Shown here: in pieces, positions 7,477 to 16,379 of the stretch
Layout: every line of letters begins with the position of its first letter
Position numbering within the stretch: the stretch's first letter is position 1
Origin: Candidatus Saccharimonadota bacterium
GTDB taxonomy: Bacteria; Patescibacteriota; Microgenomatia; UBA1406; GWC2-37-13
Length of the DNA stretch: 32,000 bases
Assembly (NCBI GenBank): GCA_016432445.1
Contig: CP066689.1
Location: forward strand, 390,001 to 422,000
Direction: 5' to 3'
The notes under the pieces: model-generated
The model's database searches: none
Seen by the model: only the letters and a program-made list of their open reading frames with translations
What the model was told of the DNA's origin: nothing
Made by a program: the position numbers and the translations under genes

Positions 7477-7782
7477 ATGAAAATAAAAAAGGGAGATAAA
7501 GTAAAAATCATTGCAGGAAAAGATAAAGGTAGAGAAGGTATAGTTGAAAAAGTATACAAAAAACAATCAAGTGTAGTTATACCTAAGGTAAATATTTACA
7601 AAAAACATGTGAAAAAAAATGAGAAGATGCCTCAAGGAGGAGTGGTAGAAATACCACGACCAATCGATGTATCAAATGTAATTATAGTTTGTCCAAAATG
7701 CAATAAAACATCGAAAATAGGTTACAGAGTTGAAAAAAATAAACGAATTAGAATATGTAAAAAGTGCGAAAGCGCAATATAA
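7477..7782 (+). CDS. rplX: 50S ribosomal protein L24 with a C-terminal CxxC...CxxC
   Basis: KOW motif KKGDKVKIIAGKDKG. C-terminus CPKCNKTSKIGYRVEKNKRIRICKKC. Confidence 0.94.
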   Translation: MKIKKGDKVKIIAGKDKGREGIVEKVYKKQSSVVIPKVNIYKKHVKKNEKMPQGGVVEIPRPIDVSNVIIVCPKCNKTSKIGYRVEKNKRIRICKKCESAI

Positions 7783-7784
7783 CT

Positions 7785-8318
7785 ATGGCAGATTTTTATA
7801 ACAAAGAAGACAAACAGAAACTAATGCGGGAGCTGGGGATCAAAAATCCGATGGCTATTCCTAAAATAATTAAAATAGTAGTTAATGTTGGAGCAGGAGA
7901 AGCCTTAACAAATAAAAATGCTATTGAAAAAATTCAAGAACAGTTAGAGTTAATAAGCGGTCAAAAATCAGTAATTACTAAAGCTAGGAAATCAGTCTCA
8001 GCTTTTAAATTAAGAAAAGGAGTTCCAATTGGAGTTAAAGTAACTCTAAGGGAAAAAAAAATGATGAATTTCTTAGAAAAGTTAATTAAGATTGTTATTC
8101 CAAGGATTAGAGATTTTAGAGGTATTAGCGAAAAAAGTGTTGATCCTCATGGAAACTTAAATATAGGGTTTTATGAACAAACTATTTTCCCTGAGATAGA
8201 GTTCGACAAAATTGATAGAATAAGAGGTTTGGAAGTAACAGTAGTGACTAACGCAAAAGACAGAGAAAAAGGGAAAAAGTTATTTCAAATTTTAGGAGTT
8301 CCGTTTAAATCAATATAA
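7785..8318 (+). CDS. rplE: 50S ribosomal protein L5
   Basis: [15 protein letters not shown] motif. The ATG at 7785 sits just after the rplX stop, whereas the ORF-track start at 7764 overlaps rplX. Confidence 0.94.
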   Translation: MADFYNKEDKQKLMRELGIKNPMAIPKIIKIVVNVGAGEALTNKNAIEKIQEQLELISGQKSVITKARKSVSAFKLRKGVPIGVKVTLREKKMMNFLEKLIKIVIPRIRDFRGISEKSVDPHGNLNIGFYEQTIFPEIEFDKIDRIRGLEVTVVTNAKDREKGKKLFQILGVPFKSI

Positions 8319-8320
8319 AT

Positions 8321-8506
8321 ATGGCAAAAAGATCTGATGAAGTTAAATTTCAAAGAAAACAAAAATATAAAGTGAGACATCGTAACCGCTGTCCGATTTG
8401 CGGCCGCGCTCGTGGATATTTAAGAAGATTTAATTTATGCAGAATTTGTTTTAGAGAAAAAGCATTACAGGGTGAAATTCCTGGAGTTAAAAAAGTTTCT
8501 TGGTAA
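8321..8506 (+). CDS. rpsN: 30S ribosomal protein S14, short zinc-ribbon type
   Basis: 61 aa, [20 protein letters not shown]. Confidence 0.95.
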   Translation: MAKRSDEVKFQRKQKYKVRHRNRCPICGRARGYLRRFNLCRICFREKALQGEIPGVKKVSW

Positions 8507-8512
8507 ATACAT

Positions 8513-8797
8513 ATGTCAAGATCAACGAAAAAAGGACCATACATTGACGAAAAACTTTTAAAGAAAGTTTTAAAACAAAAAGAAACAGGTGATCATTCAA
8601 CTATAAGGACATGGGCTAGAGCATCACAAATTTCGCCTGAATTTGTTGGTCATAAGTTTGGTATTCATAACGGAAGAAAATTTATTGAAATACTAGTTTC
8701 TGAGACTATGATTGGTCATAGACTTGGAGAATTTGCTCCAACTAGAACATTTAGAAGCCATGGAAAAGTCACTAAGAGAGTAACTGAAAAAACTTAA
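8513..8797 (+). CDS. rpsS: 30S ribosomal protein S19, in a non-canonical position
   Basis: 94 aa, KKGPYID..LLKKV...IRTW.R.S.I.PEFVGH...HNGR...[13 protein letters not shown]. Confidence 0.96.
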   Translation: MSRSTKKGPYIDEKLLKKVLKQKETGDHSTIRTWARASQISPEFVGHKFGIHNGRKFIEILVSETMIGHRLGEFAPTRTFRSHGKVTKRVTEKT

Positions 8798-8804
8798 TAA
8801 TTTT

Positions 8805-8816
8805 CGCCAGCTGGCG
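8805..8816. repeat. Perfect 12-bp GC-rich palindrome in the rpsS-rpsH spacer
   Basis: CGCCAGCTGGCG, an isolated GC-rich island in AT-rich spacer. Confidence 0.8.
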
Positions 8817-8829
8817 GATTAAAATAAAA

Positions 8830-9216
8830 ATGTCAAATCCGATAACAGATTTAATGATAAGAATAAAAAATGGGTATATGGCAGGACGGCAAACTATCGA
8901 TGTTCCATATTCCGTCTTTAAAGAAAACGTCATAAAAAAACTTATAGAAATGAAATATTTAAAAGGTTACCGCGTAACAGGGGATAAGGTAAAAAAAATG
9001 ACTATCGATCTTTTATATAAAGATTCAGAGCCAGCTTTAACTGATGTTAAGATATATTCAAAACCAGGTAGGCGTTGGTATGTATCCGTTAAGGATATAA
9101 AGCCGGTATTGGGAGGACTTGGATATTCTTTGATATCAACTCCCCAGGGTGTTATGAATAACATTGAAGCAAGAAATAAAAAATTAGGTGGAGAGTTATT
9201 ATTTTCTTTCTGGTAA
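8830..9216 (+). CDS. rpsH: 30S ribosomal protein S8
   Basis: 128 aa, DLMIRIKNG start and LST.QGVM near the C-terminus. Confidence 0.96.
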   Translation: MSNPITDLMIRIKNGYMAGRQTIDVPYSVFKENVIKKLIEMKYLKGYRVTGDKVKKMTIDLLYKDSEPALTDVKIYSKPGRRWYVSVKDIKPVLGGLGYSLISTPQGVMNNIEARNKKLGGELLFSFW

Positions 9217-9217
9217 T

Positions 9218-9760
9218 ATGTCAAAAATTGGTGAAAAAGTGATTGAAATTCCATCACAGGTTCACGTAGAAATTATAGGAGATGAGGTGCAAGCTAAAGG
9301 AAAAGCAGGCGAATTGAGTGTTAAGGTGCCCAGCGAACTTGTGATTGAAAAAGGAGATAATACAATTAAGTTAAAGAGAAAATCAGAGAATAAAAAGGTA
9401 AAATCATTGCACGGTTTGTATCGAAATCTTATATTTAATGCAGTTTCGGGTGTTGATGAACCTTGGAAGAAACAGCTGGAAGTTATGGGTACTGGATTTA
9501 ACGTTAAAATGCAGGGGGAAGATCTTGTTTTTAAATTAGGTTATTCCCATCCTGTAGTTTATAAAAAGGTTCCAGGAATCACTTTTCAGGTTGAAGGTAA
9601 TAATAAAGTAGTAGTAGCAGGTGCTGATAAACAGCTTGTTGGTCAAGTAGCTCATCAGATTAAAGTCTTGAGGAAACCTGATGTTTATAAAGGTAAAGGT
9701 ATCCGGTTTGAAGGCGAAAAATTAAGAATTAAGCCAGGGAAAAAAGCTAAAACAGCTTAA
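9218..9760 (+). CDS. rplF: 50S ribosomal protein L6
   Basis: MSKIGEKVIEIP start. The ATG at 9218 sits just after the rpsH stop, and the ORF-track start at 9188 overlaps rpsH. Confidence 0.94.
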   Translation: MSKIGEKVIEIPSQVHVEIIGDEVQAKGKAGELSVKVPSELVIEKGDNTIKLKRKSENKKVKSLHGLYRNLIFNAVSGVDEPWKKQLEVMGTGFNVKMQGEDLVFKLGYSHPVVYKKVPGITFQVEGNNKVVVAGADKQLVGQVAHQIKVLRKPDVYKGKGIRFEGEKLRIKPGKKAKTA

Positions 9761-9768
9761 TTAATAAT

Positions 9769-10131
9769 ATGAAAAACATAACTTTTGATCGAATTCTAAG
9801 AAGAAAAAAAAGAATAAGTATGAGAATAAAAGGGACAAAAGAAAGACCTAGAATTTCTATATTCAGATCTAACAGTTATACTTATGCACAAGCTATTGAT
9901 GATGAATCCAAAAAGACTGTTGCCGCATTTTCTAGTTTGCAGTTAATTAAACAAAAGCCGCAAGAAAAAGCAGGTAAATCGGTTATAGCAAAACAAGTTG
10001 GTATAGAGCTGGCAAAGAAATTAAAAGAAAAGAAAGTGACACAGGCACTATTGGATAGAGGAGTTTATGCCTATTTAGGTAGAGTAAAAGAACTTGCTGA
10101 AGGTTTAAGAGAAGGCGGAATTATAATTTAA
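9769..10131 (+). CDS. rplR: 50S ribosomal protein L18
   Basis: 120 aa, RPRISIFRSN..TYAQ.IDD, with DRG.Y.Y.GRVKELAEG.REGG at the C-terminus. Confidence 0.95.
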   Translation: MKNITFDRILRRKKRISMRIKGTKERPRISIFRSNSYTYAQAIDDESKKTVAAFSSLQLIKQKPQEKAGKSVIAKQVGIELAKKLKEKKVTQALLDRGVYAYLGRVKELAEGLREGGIII

Positions 10132-10150
10132 TTACTAGTAAAAATAAATA

Positions 10151-10597
10151 ATGGAAAATAATAAAGAACAAACATTAGAAGAAAAAGTTTTGCTTATAAG
10201 GCGGGTATCAAAAAAGACAACTGGAGGCAATTATGTATCGTTTTCTGCTTTAGTGGTTGTTGGAGATAGAAAAGGTAAAGTTGGTGTAGGTTTAGGCCGC
10301 GGTTTGGAAGTGCCTCCAGCTATTCAAAAAGCAATTAATAAAGCAAAAAAAAGTTTAATAACTGTTTCTATGAATAAGACGACTATTCCTCACGTGATTA
10401 AACTAAAATATAAATCAGCTTTATTATTATTAAAGCCAGCTCCAGAGGGTACAGGACTTAAAGTTGGAAGCGTAGTTAGAATAATTTTAGATTTGGCTGG
10501 AGTAAGTGATGCTTCAGGTAAAATTATTGGATCGAGAAATAAGATTGCTAATGCTTATGCTGTAGTTGAAGCTTTAAAAAAATTAAAAAAAAGATAA
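10151..10597 (+). CDS. rpsE: 30S ribosomal protein S5
   Basis: 148 aa, RRVSKKTTGG...F.ALVVVGD..G.VG.G.G motif. Confidence 0.95.
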   Translation: MENNKEQTLEEKVLLIRRVSKKTTGGNYVSFSALVVVGDRKGKVGVGLGRGLEVPPAIQKAINKAKKSLITVSMNKTTIPHVIKLKYKSALLLLKPAPEGTGLKVGSVVRIILDLAGVSDASGKIIGSRNKIANAYAVVEALKKLKKR

Positions 10598-10603
10598 TAA
10601 ATT

Positions 10604-11053
10604 ATGGAAATAATATTATCCTCATTGCCAAAAATAATCACTAATAGAAAAAAAAGATTAGGAAGGGGTTTGGGAAGTGGAAAAGGAGCTAAGTCAACTC
10701 GAGGAGGAACTCGACATCAAAAAGCAAGAGAAAAAATTCCTCTTCATTTTGAAGGCGGTCAGGCAAAATTGACAAAAAAATTTCCGTTACTTCGTGGTAA
10801 AGGAAAAAATAAATCTGTAAGAAAAAAACCGCTAATTATATTTCTCAAAGACTTAAATCAATTTGCCGAAGGAGAGATAGTTGATGTAAAATCATTAATA
10901 GAGAAAAAAATAATCAAAACAAAAAATAAAAAAATTAAGGTAAAAATATTAGCAAAAGGAGATTTAAATAAGAAATTGAGAGTAAAGTTACCAGTTTCCC
11001 AGTCTGTTAAATCTATTGTTGAAAAGGCGGGTGGCGAAGTGCAACCTGTATGA
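10604..11053 (+). CDS. rplO: 50S ribosomal protein L15
   Basis: 149 aa, [19 protein letters not shown] motif. Confidence 0.94.
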   Translation: MEIILSSLPKIITNRKKRLGRGLGSGKGAKSTRGGTRHQKAREKIPLHFEGGQAKLTKKFPLLRGKGKNKSVRKKPLIIFLKDLNQFAEGEIVDVKSLIEKKIIKTKNKKIKVKILAKGDLNKKLRVKLPVSQSVKSIVEKAGGEVQPV

Positions 11054-12336
11054 AAGAAATAACTGAGAAACTAAAACTTCTTCTAAAAGATAACCAGCTT
11101 AGGCGAAAACTAATTTTTACGCTCATGATATTTTTCGTTTTCAGGTTATTTGCTTTTCTTCCTGTCCCAACAATAGATCTAGAAAAACTACGTACTCTTT
11201 TTGCTCAAAGCCAGTTTCTTTCTCTTTTAGATATTTTTTCAGGAGGTACATTACTTAATTTTTCAGTTATGGCTTTAGGATTAAATCCTTACATTACCTC
11301 ATCAATAATTATCCAGCTTTTAACTATGGTATTTCCTAAGCTTGAGCAGTTAGCTAAAGAGGGCGAACAGGGACGATATAAAATAAATCAGTATACACGT
11401 TTATTAACAGTACCTGTAACTATTATTCAATCGATAGGAATTTACGTTTTTCTGAAGAACCAAAATATAATCGGTGCAATTAATCCATTAGAATTTTTTT
11501 CGATTATTGTTACTTTGGCGGCAGGAACATTTATTTTAGTTTGGTTTGGAGAACTGATTTCTGAGTTTGGTTTGGGAAATGGCATATCTTTGTTAATATT
11601 CGCTGGAATTGTCGGCAGACTTCACGTTATTATTGGTCAAACATTCGCTATAGTCAATCAAGAACTAATAATAAATGTACTTATATTTTTAGTAGTTGGA
11701 GTATTAGTTATTGCGGCAGTTGTGTTTATTAATCAATCAGTAAGAAGAATACCAGTTTATTATGCAAAAAGGATAAAGGGGAATAGGATGTATCAAGCTG
11801 CTACCAATTATTTACCGTTGAAGCTTAATCAGGCAGGTGTAATACCCATTATTTTTGCGGTAGCATTTGTTTTATTTCCACAGCTTTTAGGTAATTTTTT
11901 CATATATTCCTCAAACTCAGTTCTTTCAAAGATTGCTACTTTCTTAGTTAGTGCATTTAATCCTAACGGTTTTTTTTATAATTTTTTCTATTTTATTCTT
12001 GTCATTGGGTTTACTTTTTTCTATACAGTTATTGTTTTTAATCCCAAAAAAATAACTGAAGAAATCCAAAAGCATGGAGGATTTATTCCCGGTATCCGAC
12101 CTGGCATAGCTACAAAAGAATTTTTGGAGAAGATTTTATACAAAATTACTACTGCCGGAGCTATTTTTTTAGGTATAATAGCTATTTTGCCGGCAATTGT
12201 TTCAAGCGTAACAGGTATTAATAATTTAGTTATTGGAGGGACGGGTATTCTTATTGTGGTATCAGTTATTCTGGAAACATTCAAATCAGTTGAAGCTCAG
12301 CTTATGATGAGAAGCTATGATAAATTTGCTAGATAA
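11050..12336 (+). CDS. secY: Preprotein translocase subunit SecY
   Basis: 428 aa, multi-pass membrane protein with SecY-like sequence ([25 protein letters not shown]). ATGA overlap with rplO. Confidence 0.96.
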   Translation: MKEITEKLKLLLKDNQLRRKLIFTLMIFFVFRLFAFLPVPTIDLEKLRTLFAQSQFLSLLDIFSGGTLLNFSVMALGLNPYITSSIIIQLLTMVFPKLEQLAKEGEQGRYKINQYTRLLTVPVTIIQSIGIYVFLKNQNIIGAINPLEFFSIIVTLAAGTFILVWFGELISEFGLGNGISLLIFAGIVGRLHVIIGQTFAIVNQELIINVLIFLVVGVLVIAAVVFINQSVRRIPVYYAKRIKGNRMYQAATNYLPLKLNQAGVIPIIFAVAFVLFPQLLGNFFIYSSNSVLSKIATFLVSAFNPNGFFYNFFYFILVIGFTFFYTVIVFNPKKITEEIQKHGGFIPGIRPGIATKEFLEKILYKITTAGAIFLGIIAILPAIVSSVTGINNLVIGGTGILIVVSVILETFKSVEAQLMMRSYDKFAR

Positions 12337-12363
12337 AAATTATCAAATTTATAAATACAAAAT

Positions 12364-12537
12364 ATGGCAAAAAAAAGTTCACGGATACTTTTGGGCTTAA
12401 CTTGTGAAGTGTGTAAAAAGCAAAATTATGTAATTGAGAAAAGCAAAATCAATACACCAGAAGCTTTAACGCTTAAAAAGTATTGCAATAAGTGTAAAAA
12501 GCATACTGCTCACAAAGAGAAGAAAAAACTGGATTAA
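12364..12537 (+). CDS. rpmG: 50S ribosomal protein L33, Cys4 form (not in the ORF track)
   Basis: Hand translation, 57 aa: MAKKSSRILLGLTCEVCKKQNYVIEKSKINTPEALTLKKYCNKCKKHTAHKEKKKLD. Two CxxC pairs. Stop TAA at 12535-12537. Confidence 0.88.
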   Translation: MAKKSSRILLGLTCEVCKKQNYVIEKSKINTPEALTLKKYCNKCKKHTAHKEKKKLD

Positions 12538-12595
12538 GTTATGGGTTATGAGTTCTGAGTTTTGGGCCAATAACCCAAAACCCACAACCCAGAAC
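12538..12595. repeat. 58-nt heptad-array imperfect palindrome (GTTNTGR family), copy 2
   Basis: GTTATGG GTTATGA GTTCTGA GTTTTGG GCC, then AATAACC CAAAACC CACAACC CAGAAC. The first 31 nt differ from copy 1 at one position. Starts immediately after the rpmG stop. Confidence 0.85.
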
Positions 12596-12603
12596 AAAAA
12601 TAT

Positions 12604-13731
12604 ATGAAACTTGTTTTAATTGGTATTCAGGGATCAGGAAAATCAACGCAAGGAAATCTTTTGTCAAAACAACTGCATATTCCTTATCTTTCAACTGGCC
12701 ATATTTTTAGAGAAATTGCCAAAGAGAAGACAGAATTAGGTAAATATCTTAAATTGACTATGAGCGCGGGTATGCTTATACCTGACCAAAAAACAATTGA
12801 AATTGTTAACAATTATATTTCGCGTCCAGAATATAAGCGAGGTTACATTATTGACGGATTTCCAAGAACAGTTAGACAGGCAGAAGAGTTTAAAAATAAT
12901 GTTGATAAGGTTATTTATTTAGATATTCCAGAAAAAGAAGCTTTGTGGCGTATTGCTTACAGAAATGATCAAACACGAACTGATGAAACTTTACCGGCTT
13001 TAAGGAAAAGAATAGAGCTATTTAATAGGCATACGGTACCAGTTCTAGATTACTATGAAAAAGAAGGTAAACTGGCAGTTATTGACGGAACCCAATCAAT
13101 AAAAGACGTAAATAAAGCTATTTTAAAAAGTTTAGGCAAACAGCTTATTAAGAATCAGATTAAAGAATGGGAACAAAAAAATAAAGCAATGATTGCTATT
13201 GCGGGTTTACCAGGAGCGGGAAAAACAGAAGCCGCTAATTTTTTTAAGAAAAAAGGCTTACCAATTATTTCTTTCGGGAAAATTATTAATGATTGCATTG
13301 ATCAACAAAATCTTACTCATACAGAAGAAGTACATAAAAAAATCAGAATGGGTTTAAGAGAACAGCATGGTGAGGAAGCCTTAGCTATTTTAAGTGAAAA
13401 AGAGATCAAAGAAACTTTGGAAAAAAATACAATTGTTGTTATTGATGGTTTAAGATCATGGAAAGAATATTTGTATTTAAAGAATAAATTTCCAGAAGTA
13501 GATATCTATATTCTTACTTTATTTGCTGACAAAGATATCAGATATAAAAGAATTTCAAAAAGAAGATCTCGTTTTAAATTATATGGTGAACAAAGAGATA
13601 TTAATGAACTTATAGGAACCAATATGGGACCGACTATTGCCTTTGCAGATTTTTTAATTAAGAATAATTTTTCTAAAGAAGATCTTGAAGATAAATTAGA
13701 GCATGTTTATCGAAGCGTATATTTCAAGTAA
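12604..13731 (+). CDS. adk: Adenylate kinase (short-lid type) fused to a second P-loop nucleotide-kinase-like domain
   Basis: 375 aa. N-terminal half: GIQGSGKSTQ, GFPRT, no Cys lid. C-terminal half has its own Walker A (GLPGAGKT), DGLRS and a YKRISKRRSR segment, resembling CoaE/UPF0200-type small kinases. Confidence 0.85.
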   Translation: MKLVLIGIQGSGKSTQGNLLSKQLHIPYLSTGHIFREIAKEKTELGKYLKLTMSAGMLIPDQKTIEIVNNYISRPEYKRGYIIDGFPRTVRQAEEFKNNVDKVIYLDIPEKEALWRIAYRNDQTRTDETLPALRKRIELFNRHTVPVLDYYEKEGKLAVIDGTQSIKDVNKAILKSLGKQLIKNQIKEWEQKNKAMIAIAGLPGAGKTEAANFFKKKGLPIISFGKIINDCIDQQNLTHTEEVHKKIRMGLREQHGEEALAILSEKEIKETLEKNTIVVIDGLRSWKEYLYLKNKFPEVDIYILTLFADKDIRYKRISKRRSRFKLYGEQRDINELIGTNMGPTIAFADFLIKNNFSKEDLEDKLEHVYRSVYFK

Positions 13732-13742
13732 TTATTGCCAAA

Positions 13743-14495
13743 ATGATCCATTTAAAAACGAAAGAAGAGTTGGAGATAATGAAGCAAGGCGGGGATATCT
13801 TAAAAAGTGTAGTTAGTCAGGTAATTCCCAATATAAAACCGGGAATTAAAACAGAGGATATTGATAATGAAGCGGAAAGATTGATAAAAAAACAAGGGGC
13901 TTTACCTTCTTTTAAAGAGGTTGAAGGATATTACTGGACAACTTGTTTGCCAATCAATGAACAGATTGTCCATACGCCCCCTTCAAAAAGAATACTAAAA
14001 GAGGGAGATGTTTTGTCAATTGACATAGGCGTTTACTATAAGGGTTATCATACTGATTGGGCAACTACGCTTATAGTTGGACAAAAAAAAGACGAAAAAC
14101 ATAAGAAATTTTTAGAAGTAGGAAAAAGCACTTTAAAAAAAGCAATTGAAAAAGCTAAAATAGGCAGGCATTTAGGCGAAATCTCAGCACTTATTCAAAA
14201 AGAGATAGAAGGCAATGGCTATTTTGTAGTTAAAGAGTTGACTGGACATGGTATTGGCTGTAAGTTGCACGAAGAACCTTATATTCCAGGTTTTTTGGAT
14301 AAATCTGTCAAACAAACACCAATTATGAAGTCAGGATTAACAATGGCCATAGAAGTAATTTATTCTGAAGGAACTGAGGAAATGATTTATGAACCTGGGG
14401 AAAATTGGTCAATTGTAACGAAAGATGGAAGCATATCTGCTTGCTTTGAAAGTACAGTAGCTTTATCAGATAAGAAGACCTTTATTTTGACGTAG
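13743..14495 (+). CDS. map: Methionine aminopeptidase, type I
   Basis: 250 aa. D..D metal-ligand region SIDIGVYYKGYHTD, GHGIG, and operon position. Confidence 0.94.
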   Translation: MIHLKTKEELEIMKQGGDILKSVVSQVIPNIKPGIKTEDIDNEAERLIKKQGALPSFKEVEGYYWTTCLPINEQIVHTPPSKRILKEGDVLSIDIGVYYKGYHTDWATTLIVGQKKDEKHKKFLEVGKSTLKKAIEKAKIGRHLGEISALIQKEIEGNGYFVVKELTGHGIGCKLHEEPYIPGFLDKSVKQTPIMKSGLTMAIEVIYSEGTEEMIYEPGENWSIVTKDGSISACFESTVALSDKKTFILT

Positions 14496-14518
14496 ATTTA
14501 TGATAAAATAAGAAGCTT

Positions 14519-14737
14519 ATGAAGGATAATAGTGGGAATGTGATTGTGGAAGGGGAAGTTGTGGAGAATCTTCCGAATACTTTGTTTAAGGTGCGTTTAA
14601 GTGAAGGAAGAATAATTTTATGTTATCTTTCAGGAAAAATGAGAAAAAATTATATTAAAATTTTGCCGGGCGATAAGGTTAGAGTGGAAATTACTCCTTA
14701 CGATCTTAACCGAGGCAGAATAATTTATAGAATATAA
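14519..14737 (+). CDS. infA: Translation initiation factor IF-1
   Basis: 72 aa, G.V.E.LPN..F.V.L..G..I.....[25 protein letters not shown]. Confidence 0.96.
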   Translation: MKDNSGNVIVEGEVVENLPNTLFKVRLSEGRIILCYLSGKMRKNYIKILPGDKVRVEITPYDLNRGRIIYRI

Positions 14738-14740
14738 AAT

Positions 14741-14854
14741 ATGCATATTCAGTCATCTATTAAAAAAATATGTCCTCAATGTAAAATGGTTAAAAGGAGA
14801 GGAAAGTTATACATTACCTGTACTAATCCCAAGCATAAACAGCGACAGGGATAA
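14741..14854 (+). CDS. rpmJ: 50S ribosomal protein L36 (not in the ORF track)
   Basis: Hand translation, 37 aa: MHIQSSIKKICPQCKMVKRRGKLYITCTNPKHKQRQG. CxxC...C....H zinc motif. Confidence 0.9.
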   Translation: MHIQSSIKKICPQCKMVKRRGKLYITCTNPKHKQRQG

Positions 14855-14866
14855 ATAGTTATAAGA

Positions 14867-14902
14867 TTAGCGTTTAGCGCTTAACGCTTTAACGCAAAAC
14901 GC
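14867..14902. repeat. Short-period array with inverted symmetry (TTAGCGY / AACGC words)
   Basis: TTAGCGT TTAGCGC TTAACGC TTTAACGC AAAACGC. AGCGTT (14869-14874) pairs with AACGCT (14883-14888) around the AGCGCT core. Confidence 0.7.
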
Positions 14903-14909
14903 AATAAAT

Positions 14910-15335
14910 ATGGCACGCATTTTGGGAGTTAATTTATCAGACAATCATAAGGTTGAGTATGCTTTAACCCTATTTTATGGAATAGGGTGGACATTGTCTG
15001 GCAAGATTATTGATCAAGCGAAGGTAGATAAAAAAAAACGCGTCAAAGATTTAACTGAAGATGACTTAAAAAAAATAACGACGATAATTGAAAAAAACTA
15101 TAAAGTAGAAGGTGATTTAAGAGAAGAACTTAATGAAAACTTAAAAAGATTAAGAGAAATTGCAAGCTATAGAGGAAGCCGGCATGAAAAAGGATTGCCG
15201 GTAAGAGGGCAAAGAACAAGATCTAACGCTCGAACGAAAAGAGGAAAAAGAAAAACAATAGGAGCATTAAAGAAAGAAGTATGGGCGAAGTTAGAGCAGG
15301 GTAAACCGGCAGTAGCGGCAGAAGCTAAAAAATAA
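14910..15335 (+). CDS. rpsM: 30S ribosomal protein S13
   Basis: MARILGVNL start and YRG.RH..GLPVRGQRT motif. Confidence 0.96.
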   Translation: MARILGVNLSDNHKVEYALTLFYGIGWTLSGKIIDQAKVDKKKRVKDLTEDDLKKITTIIEKNYKVEGDLREELNENLKRLREIASYRGSRHEKGLPVRGQRTRSNARTKRGKRKTIGALKKEVWAKLEQGKPAVAAEAKK

Positions 15336-15357
15336 TATTTTAATTTTTATTAAAACC

Positions 15358-15732
15358 ATGAAAAAGAAAAAAACAGCAAAAACAGTAGAAAAAGCAAAAA
15401 TTTACATTACCGCAACGTTCAATAATACGATAATTACTATTTCAGATGAAAAAGGTAATCCATTAGTGATTGGTTCATGTGGGATGCATGGATTTAGCGG
15501 AACAAGAAAATCTACGCCTTATGCTGCCACTATTACAATTGATTCAGCCTTGAAAAAAGCAATGTCAGAATATGGTATTAAAAGAGTAGATGTTTTTATA
15601 AAAGGAATAGGACCAGGGAGAGAAGCTTCTCTTCGTGTAATCAAAGGATCAGAGGTTGAGTTAGATAAAATTGTTGATGTTACGCCAATACCGCACAATG
15701 GTGTTCGTCCGCCAAAAATTAGGAGAGTTTAA
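15358..15732 (+). CDS. rpsK: 30S ribosomal protein S11
   Basis: FNNTIITI.D..GN...G..GF.G.RKSTPYAA and D.TPIPHNG.RPPK.RR. Confidence 0.96.
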   Translation: MKKKKTAKTVEKAKIYITATFNNTIITISDEKGNPLVIGSCGMHGFSGTRKSTPYAATITIDSALKKAMSEYGIKRVDVFIKGIGPGREASLRVIKGSEVELDKIVDVTPIPHNGVRPPKIRRV

Positions 15733-15735
15733 TAT

Positions 15736-16353
15736 ATGAGATATACAGGACCTAAAAATAGAATAGCTAGACGTGAAGCTATGGATCTTGGTTTAAAAAC
15801 ACCAGGAACAAAATCTCATGCATCTTTACTTAGAAGATTAAATGTTTTACCTGGTCAACAGTCAATAAGAAGAAGAAAAATTTCTGAGCACGGAAAACAG
15901 CTTCGTGAAAAACAGAAATTAAGATATATTTTTGGTGTAACTGAAAGTCAAATGAAAAATTATTTCAAAAAAGCAAAATCTAAACTTGGAAATACAGGTT
16001 TATACCTTTCTCAGTATCTTGAACAGAGATTAGATAACGTGGTTTATAAATTAGGTTTCGCGCCAACTCGAGCTTCTGCTCGGCAGCTAGTGTCTCATGG
16101 TCACATTAAGGTTAATGAACATATAGTTACGGTTTCTTCTTATCAAGTTAAAACAAGTAATGTTATTGCATTTACTAATAGTAGGTCGGAAAAAATACCT
16201 TATATTGAGAATTTATTATCAAAAAAAGAAATTATTATTCCTGATTGGTTAGAAAAAAAGGGTACAGTCGGTAAGATGATTTCAACTCCATCAGCCGAAA
16301 ATATTGAGAAACAAATTAATTTAAGATCAGTAATTGAGTTTTATTCACGTTAA
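15736..16353 (+). CDS. rpsD: 30S ribosomal protein S4
   Basis: MRYTGPK start and an S4 RNA-binding domain, RLDNVVYKLGFA.TR..ARQLV.HGHI.VN. Confidence 0.95.
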   Translation: MRYTGPKNRIARREAMDLGLKTPGTKSHASLLRRLNVLPGQQSIRRRKISEHGKQLREKQKLRYIFGVTESQMKNYFKKAKSKLGNTGLYLSQYLEQRLDNVVYKLGFAPTRASARQLVSHGHIKVNEHIVTVSSYQVKTSNVIAFTNSRSEKIPYIENLLSKKEIIIPDWLEKKGTVGKMISTPSAENIEKQINLRSVIEFYSR

Positions 16354-16379
16354 TTTAAAAGTTAAAAATTTAAATATCT

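Noticed and set aside
16354-16379. TTTAAAA G TTAAAAA TTTAAAT in the rpsD-rpoA spacer as another repeat array
   Set aside because: It is only three very AT-rich units in 22 nt, which cannot be distinguished from background composition.
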